Origin: an uncultured Eubacteriales bacterium
GTDB lineage: Bacteria; Bacillota; Clostridia; Oscillospirales; Acutalibacteraceae
Reading direction: 5' to 3'
NCBI GenBank assembly: GCA_934444695.1
Contig: CAKSDF010000001.1
Span: 1,446-65,445 of the forward strand
Length of the DNA stretch: 64,000 nucleotides
Within the stretch, counting starts at the first letter, position 1. Each line of letters starts with the position of its first letter. Shown here piece after piece: positions 58,515 through 64,000 of the stretch. The notes below the pieces were generated by a model. It did no database searches and was not told where the DNA came from. It saw only the letters and a program-made list of their open reading frames with translations. The translations under genes were made by a program, and so were the position numbers.

Positions 58515-58668
58515 GCCGCCGACGCTGAGGCTGTCAGCGCAAGCTGACCGAAGAGCAGCCTGCCTGCAAAACCGCAGCCCATAAGAAATGGTCGGTCTTC
58601 CGCTTTTAGAAAGAATGACGAAAGGCTGTGCTCTTCTGTCTCGGCGGGGCCGAGACGGCCTCAGCGGC
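58515..58668 (+). repeat. Four-helix interspersed repeat, copy H (divergent P3)
   Basis: GCTGAGGCT / GTCAGCGCAAGCTGAC / CGAAGAGCAGCC ... GGCTGTGCTCTTCTG / TCTCGGCGGGGCCGAGAC / GGCCTCAGCGGC. Confidence 0.75.
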
Positions 58669-58759
58669 CTTCCCGCACCGCAAATCTTCCGTCAATGCAC
58701 ACTTCTGAAAGTCGCAGCCGTGTAAAAATGCCGTTTAGGTATAAGAAACAGAAAATCTC

Positions 58760-60184
58760 CTACCTCACCCGATCGTGCTTTGTATAATATTTTTGCTTTT
58801 GCTCATACATCCTCTGCTCGGCTGTGCGAAGAAGCTCATCTATGCTGCTGCACTCTTTCTCAAAGGCTGCTCCGACCGACACGCTGACGCCTTTTTGTTC
58901 CATCTGCTCCTTAAGACTGTCAAGCTTTTTGTCAAACTTGTCCTTTTCGATGGGATAGGCCAGCACCACAAACTCGTCTCCGCCGACCCGGTAGCTTTGA
59001 CCGGTAAATAGCCCATTTATGATGTCGGCCGCCGTGCAGATATACTTGTCGCCTTCGGTGTGGGATTTAAGGTCGTTTATGCTTTTAAGCCCGTTCATAT
59101 CAACATAAACCGCACCGATATTTTCAAGACTTTGCCCCGAAAGGCGGTCGGTCGTTTCGATGTATTTGTTGCGGTTGAACGTTGAAGTGAGCATATCCTT
59201 ATAGCTGAGCGCTTTAAGATGTTCCCGCTGGTTTGCAATTTCGTCGTTTTGAAGCTCGAGAACCTTGAGAATCCTTAAATTCCACAGGAAGTATACCAGC
59301 AGCGCAATAATTTCTACTCCGGCCGTGACAAGAAGCAAGATTTTCATATAGTTGAAATTTTGAAAGATAACATCGTCTTCAACAAAAAGCATCATTTGCC
59401 AGTTGTAAATACCGACAGGGGTATAGTACATATATATGGCCTTGCCGGTGGTTTTTGATTTAAAGGCAATAACGCCGGTTTTAAGGTCTTTTGTTTCCTG
59501 CTTGAGGTCTATATCTTCATATCCTCGAATTCTTTCCCGCTCATCGGTATCGTAGGCATTGCCAAGCTCACTGTGCCAGCTGTCCACAACATAATTGCCG
59601 TCGTAGCTGTCGACCACGCAGTAGTTTGAGCGCCCTTTGTACAGACGAGATACAAAAACCTCGCTGAGCTTGTCGGCGTCGATAACACCGATAAGCAGGG
59701 CCGATGAACCTTTTTGGTCGCTAAGGGGGATAAAATAGTAAAGTACCTGCCTGCCGGTAATAAAATCTGTCATACGGTGAGACATATGCTCTCCCATTGC
59801 AACAAGCTTTTCATAATCCTCGTTGTAGCCCCCGGTGTCTTGGTTGCCGTTTGTTATGAAGGAACCGTTGGGATAAAGAACATCTATGCGGGAGAAAAAT
59901 GTGGAGTTTTTAAGCGTGTCGATATGGAGATAAACCATCTGCTCGCTGTCAAGGTTTCCGTCGGTTGAAAGCAGGTCTCCGATGGTGTGAAGCTTCTCGG
60001 TCTCATCTTCAAATTTTGTGGTTATTTCATGATTAAAGGTGCTGATGTATTCCCCCATTCTGCTGAAACACCGTTCCTTTTCGTGGGCAATTATTCGTGT
60101 GTACAGAACCGCACATACAAGAATGGTGATACAGGTCATACATACTATGGGGAGCATCTTTTTTGCTTTGTTCATTATTTTCAC
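58760..60184 (-). CDS. Diguanylate cyclase (GGDEF) with an N-terminal TM-flanked extracellular sensor domain
   Basis: 474 aa. RVGGDEFVVL active-site motif. Two TMs flank a ~250-aa periplasmic-type (Cache-like) region. Confidence 0.8.
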   Translation of the reverse strand: MKIMNKAKKMLPIVCMTCITILVCAVLYTRIIAHEKERCFSRMGEYISTFNHEITTKFEDETEKLHTIGDLLSTDGNLDSEQMVYLHIDTLKNSTFFSRIDVLYPNGSFITNGNQDTGGYNEDYEKLVAMGEHMSHRMTDFITGRQVLYYFIPLSDQKGSSALLIGVIDADKLSEVFVSRLYKGRSNYCVVDSYDGNYVVDSWHSELGNAYDTDERERIRGYEDIDLKQETKDLKTGVIAFKSKTTGKAIYMYYTPVGIYNWQMMLFVEDDVIFQNFNYMKILLLVTAGVEIIALLVYFLWNLRILKVLELQNDEIANQREHLKALSYKDMLTSTFNRNKYIETTDRLSGQSLENIGAVYVDMNGLKSINDLKSHTEGDKYICTAADIINGLFTGQSYRVGGDEFVVLAYPIEKDKFDKKLDSLKEQMEQKGVSVSVGAAFEKECSSIDELLRTAEQRMYEQKQKYYTKHDRVR

Positions 60185-60605
60185 CTGATATATTTTATTT
60201 CTTCAAAGGGGAATTTAATCGCCCCGCCTTGTGAGCGACCCGACAAAAATCTTAATGGTAATTGTTCGGTTTTTGCAAGAATAAAAACTCGCGGCATAAA
60301 TAAGGCCAAATTAATTTTATTATACATTTAAGTCGTGAATTTTTCAAGGCTAAAAAGTCTTTAAATGAGGTCGGCCCAAATATTTATTCAAATGCAAGAA
60401 AAGACCGACGATTTTGAAAAAACGGCGGCAAAAAGGAGCAAAACGATGGGGCTGATAAATAGAAACAACAGCCGAAAGGAACAAAACAATGCATGATACG
60501 CAAACAACGGCCGAAGGGGATCGGCCGTTGCATTATAATTACCGTTGAAACTTTTTGCCAAAAGTGTTGTTAAAAGCACCCTTAAATGTGCCGTCTTAAG
60601 AAGAA

Positions 60606-61268
60606 TCATACCCCGATTATGCGAATGGAAAGCAGCATTGCCACAACCGGGATAATGCTCCCGAGAACCAGCTGAACGGGGGTGTGACGCTTGATTTTAA
60701 GGGAAGCCCATACCACCGCGCCCAGCAGCGCATAAAGGGCAATGTAAGGCAGCCCCAGCACATAAATCATCATTGCAATGGGCCCCGATACCCCGCAGGC
60801 ATGGCCGCTGGCCTTAACGCCGAACACAAAGGACGAAAGGGCAATGGAAACTCCCGAAAGCAGGTAGGTCATAAATATGAGCAGCTCGATTCTCCCGGCC
60901 CCGAAAAGCACCGACCCGAGAATGCCGGCGATATATCCCACCACCGAAAAGACAATGGCAAGGTTTCTCTGGCCGTCTCTGCCCTTTTTGCGAAGGGCGG
61001 GAATGATGGCACAAACGGGGTAAGAAAGCAGCGGAAAAACGGTCAGCGCGCATAATGCGTAAAGATAGTGTCCGAAGCCTAAATACGAATCGGGACGGGC
61101 AAACCATATAACCGTCAGCATAAAGGCGGCCATAAAGGGAGCAACGGTTATGACCCTAACGATTTTTGCGGCCACCGTTTCCTTGGTGATTTTTCCATCG
61201 GATTTTTTGTTTTCTTTTATTTTGTTATCGTTTCTTTCGGCAGTTTGAATGTTGATTTTGTCTTGCAT
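60606..61268 (-). CDS. Polytopic membrane protein, possibly a divergent PAP2-like phosphatase
   Basis: 220 aa. ASGHACG and KRHTPVQLVLG loosely resemble PAP2 motifs C2/C3. The call is weak. Confidence 0.35.
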   Translation of the reverse strand: MQDKINIQTAERNDNKIKENKKSDGKITKETVAAKIVRVITVAPFMAAFMLTVIWFARPDSYLGFGHYLYALCALTVFPLLSYPVCAIIPALRKKGRDGQRNLAIVFSVVGYIAGILGSVLFGAGRIELLIFMTYLLSGVSIALSSFVFGVKASGHACGVSGPIAMMIYVLGLPYIALYALLGAVVWASLKIKRHTPVQLVLGSIIPVVAMLLSIRIIGV

Positions 61269-61521
61269 GTTTAAAACCTCCCAAAACGGATAATGGATTT
61301 TTTCAGTTTAATTTTCGCAAAAACTCAAAGGAGTTTTTGCCCGGCGGGAAGGAAAATTTTTTGCTCCCGCCCTGTCTGTCATCATTCTATCTTTTGCCGC
61401 CCGATTTGTCACCCTATTGCCGCTTTGATTTCTCCTACGAAAGAGTTTTGCCCGGTAGAGTTTAAAAAAATTCCCTCTACCCACGGTAGAAAACCGCATA
61501 AACACTGGGTTTTTAGGGGGG

Positions 61522-61550
61522 TTGATTTTTGCAGAGCAATGGTTTATAAT
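61522..61550 (+). promoter_or_regulatory. Near-consensus promoter placing the TSS at or next to the ATG of the XRE gene (leaderless candidate)
   Basis: TTGATT (61522-61527), 17-nt spacer, TATAAT (61545-61550). The ATG at 61557 is 7 nt after the -10, and I see no RBS. Confidence 0.45.
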
Positions 61551-61556
61551 AAAAGT

Positions 61557-62150
61557 ATGAATGAAGAAACTTTGAGAAAAAATATCTCGCAAAAAATCAC
61601 TTTTTACAGAAAGGCGGCCGGCCTGACCCAGTTGGAACTTGCCGAAAAACTCAATTATTCGGACAAATCGGTTTCAAAATGGGAGAGGGGAGACGGGCTG
61701 CCCGACATAACCGTGCTCAGCAATATGGCCGAGCTTTTCGGAATTTCGGTGGACGATTTTATATCCTCGGCCGCTCCCAAAAAGCCCATAAAGCTGACCA
61801 AAAAACATACGCTCGTCCCTGCTCTTTCGGTGGGACTTGTTTGGCTTGTGGTGACATTTGTTTATTTCGTGCTGGCGGTGGCTGCTCCCGGCCTTTCGAG
61901 AAAATGGCTGGTCTTTATATACGGCTGCCCGGTCAGCTTTATAGTCACCACCGTTTTCAGCTGCCTTTGGTGGAAGACTCCCTACCGTATCGTCTCCATC
62001 AGCGGCATAATCTGGACCCTTGCCGCCTGCGTGGACATCACCCTTAAAATCCCCAACATATACCTTATATATGCCGTGGCGGCGGTGCTTCAGATATTGG
62101 TCTTTCTCTGGTTCTGGCTTATGTCCGACCGCCGGAAAGCCGGGAAATAA
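61557..62150 (+). CDS. Membrane-tethered XRE-family HTH regulator
   Basis: The ORF starts at 61293. ATG at 61557 gives MNEETLRKNISQKITFYRKAAGLTQLELAEKLNYSDKSVSKWERG, followed by about 4 TM helices. Confidence 0.75.
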   Translation: MNEETLRKNISQKITFYRKAAGLTQLELAEKLNYSDKSVSKWERGDGLPDITVLSNMAELFGISVDDFISSAAPKKPIKLTKKHTLVPALSVGLVWLVVTFVYFVLAVAAPGLSRKWLVFIYGCPVSFIVTTVFSCLWWKTPYRIVSISGIIWTLAACVDITLKIPNIYLIYAVAAVLQILVFLWFWLMSDRRKAGK

Positions 62151-62165
62151 TTTCTAAGGAGCCAT

Positions 62166-63080
62166 ATGAAAAGTATGAAAAAACTTTTTTGCGCCATACT
62201 TGCCCTTTGCTTGTCGTCGGCCCTTTTGCTGTCGGCTTTTGCCGAAACGGCGGTCACGGCGGGGGGGATAACGGCCCATTTTTCCGATGTTTTCACGGTT
62301 TTCACAAAGGATAATATTGAGGATAAGGCCGATCGGGCAGCCGAGCTTTCGGAGGATTTTTCCGAGCTTGAAGGCAAGCTTTCAAAGGACTATCTTTTCT
62401 ACGCCGTCGCTCCCGATATGGGTTGGACGGCTTTTATGACCGCAGGCGAGACCGACGTTTCAAAGGCCATTGTCGATCTGGCCGATTATTCCGATGGACA
62501 AACGGCCGAGCAGGCCCTTATCGGCGGCATAAAAGACCGGGCATCGGAGATTAAGGAAATAAGAAAGGGCGCAGCCCTCTTTTTAAAACTGACCTTTGAA
62601 AAGAGGCAGGACGCAAGCGGTGCGGGCGACAATAACGCTATCGACAGCACTGCATCAATCGACGGCCAAAGCACGGTCGGTCAGAGTACAAAAGACGGGA
62701 GTGCAGTCGGTCAAAGCACGGTCGACCAAGGCGCGGATAGGGCGGGTGCTTCCGATAATACCGACAACCGCATTATGTATGTAACGGTTATGAACGGCAA
62801 GGTTTATACCCTCGTTTTCATCGAGCAGTCGGCCGAGCTTTCGACCAATGCCGAGCAGTCGGCCGAATATATTTTCAATTCCCTCGAATACGCGGTTGAT
62901 TCCGAAACGGCACGGGTCAAGGAGCATAAAAAAACAACCTTCAACATTCTGCTTGCCGTTTGTGCGCCTCTGGCCGCAGTGGCGGTGTTCTTCATTATCC
63001 GCTCGATAAAAAGGGATGTGGAAAGGGCAAAGCAGGAGCAAAACCTAAGAAAAAATATGAGAAAAAAGCCGAGGAGATAG
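62166..63080 (+). CDS. Secreted / C-terminally anchored protein of unknown function
   Basis: Signal peptide, low-complexity Gln/Ser/Thr repeats (GQSTVGQSTKDGSAVGQSTVDQG), and a C-terminal TM plus basic tail. Same architecture as the 57648..58409 product. Confidence 0.5.
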   Translation: MKSMKKLFCAILALCLSSALLLSAFAETAVTAGGITAHFSDVFTVFTKDNIEDKADRAAELSEDFSELEGKLSKDYLFYAVAPDMGWTAFMTAGETDVSKAIVDLADYSDGQTAEQALIGGIKDRASEIKEIRKGAALFLKLTFEKRQDASGAGDNNAIDSTASIDGQSTVGQSTKDGSAVGQSTVDQGADRAGASDNTDNRIMYVTVMNGKVYTLVFIEQSAELSTNAEQSAEYIFNSLEYAVDSETARVKEHKKTTFNILLAVCAPLAAVAVFFIIRSIKRDVERAKQEQNLRKNMRKKPRR

Positions 63081-63081
63081 T

Positions 63082-63795
63082 ATGGAATTTTTGGACAGCC
63101 GCATGCTTTTGTCGGCGGCCGAGAATCTCGGCATCGAGATAAACGATCAGCAGCTCGAAAAGTTTGAAATTTACGCGCGCCTTTTATGCGAGTGGAACGA
63201 GAAGATGAATCTGACCGCCATAACCTCTCCCGAGGGCATTGCGCTGCTCCATTTTGCAGACAGTTTAACCTTGCTTTGCGCGGCGGATTTTAAAGAAGGG
63301 GCAAGCTTTGCCGATGTCGGCACGGGAGCGGGATTTCCGTCCATTCCCCTTGCCATAATGCGGCCGGATATGCGCTTTACCCTTATCGACAGCTTGAATA
63401 AACGGCTGACCTTTCTCGACGCGGTGAAATCCGAGCTTGGCCTTAATTTTGAAACGGTGCACGGCCGTGCCGAGGAACTGGGACGTGCGGTCGAGTTTAG
63501 GGAAAAATACGATTTCGCCGCTGCCAGAGCGGTGGCGGGGCTTAACGTGCTTTGCGAATACTGCCTGCCCTTTGTGAGGTTAGGCGGAAGCTTTTTGGCC
63601 ATGAAAGGGCCTTCGGGAAAAGAGGAGGCAAAGCAGGCCGAAAGCGCGGTAAAGATACTCGGCGGAAAAATCGGTGAGATAAAGGAATTTTCCTTAGAGC
63701 AAAACGCCCGCCGGGTGGTAATTATCCAAAAGATTTCTTTATCCCCCGCAAAATACCCCCGCCAATCGGGAAAGATAAAGAAATCTCCACTTTAA
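63082..63795 (+). CDS. rsmG: 16S rRNA (guanine527-N7)-methyltransferase RsmG/GidB
   Basis: 237 aa. WNEKMNLTAI and DVGTGAGFPSIPLAI SAM motif. Confidence 0.9.
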   Translation: MEFLDSRMLLSAAENLGIEINDQQLEKFEIYARLLCEWNEKMNLTAITSPEGIALLHFADSLTLLCAADFKEGASFADVGTGAGFPSIPLAIMRPDMRFTLIDSLNKRLTFLDAVKSELGLNFETVHGRAEELGRAVEFREKYDFAAARAVAGLNVLCEYCLPFVRLGGSFLAMKGPSGKEEAKQAESAVKILGGKIGEIKEFSLEQNARRVVIIQKISLSPAKYPRQSGKIKKSPL

Positions 63796-63830
63796 AAGTA
63801 GATTTAAAGGACATTTATATAATGAGAAAA

Positions 63831-63877
63831 CCCTCCTTGCGACTGTAAAGCCGTAAGGAGGGTCGTTTGTTTTTTGT
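63831..63877. terminator. Terminator hairpin between convergent rsmG and lepA
   Basis: CCCTCCTT gcgactgtaaagccgt AAGGAGGG followed by TCGTTTGTTTTTTG on plus. Confidence 0.65.
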
Positions 63878-64000
63878 TTATTCGTCCAGCTTGAGGACGG
63901 CCATAAATGCTTCCTGGGGGACCTCCACCGAGCCGAGGCTGCGCATACGCTTCTTGCCTTCCTTCTGCTTTTCAAGCAGCTTTTTCTTTCGGGTAATGTC
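63878..64000 (-). CDS. lepA: Elongation factor 4 (LepA), C-terminal 40 codons; the rest is beyond the window
   Basis: Minus-strand translation [40 protein letters not shown] matches the conserved LepA C-terminus (E. coli ...[32 protein letters not shown]...). It is not in the ORF track because it is short and truncated. Confidence 0.8.
   Translation of the reverse strand, partial: DITRKKKLLEKQKEGKKRMRSLGSVEVPQEAFMAVLKLDE

Noticed and set aside
60388-60609. 73-aa minus-strand ORF downstream of the PAP2-like membrane protein gene.
   Set aside because: It spans a hairpin terminator (CAACGGCCGA...TCGGCCGTTG, 60505-60530), has no RBS and has a hydrophobic low-complexity translation. It is probably non-coding.

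Overview
This window looks like the origin-proximal chromosome of a spore-forming Firmicute, probably Clostridia-like. That placement is inferred from dnaA-dnaN-yaaA-recF-remB-gyrB-gyrA synteny, dpaAB, rny and the overall look of the proteins. I call about 50 CDS, nearly all housekeeping. They include alr, trmL, comM, metA, an OmpR/HK/HtrA module, a DeoR + E2-E3-fused-E1 2-oxoacid dehydrogenase + MtlD-like cluster, a MATE pump, the dnaA..gyrA block, serS, parB/parA, two flavoproteins, dpaAB, rny, mtaB, yhbY, rdgB, argF, a GGDEF protein, rsmG and the 3' end of lepA. I saw no rRNA, tRNA, CRISPR, transposase, integrase or recognisable defence genes.

The interesting content is non-coding:
1. There are 17 perfect copies of the 16-bp palindrome TGTTTCACGTGAAACA (consensus parS), all intergenic. 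Eight are packed with about 61-bp phasing into a 1-kb gene-free interval beside parA, and three more separate parA from parB.
2. Eight GC-rich interspersed repeats of about 145-170 nt fold as a four-helix junction, and the differences between copies are compensatory. Two copies sit inside ~435-bp direct repeats that bracket the 8-kb dehydrogenase cluster.
3. Several tandem or stutter repeats occur, including 45-bp repeats that continue an open frame past a TAG stop.
4. The origin layout is atypical, and I found no perfect DnaA box.

All coordinates were derived by hand. Repeat borders may be off by a few nt. No database search or computation could be run.
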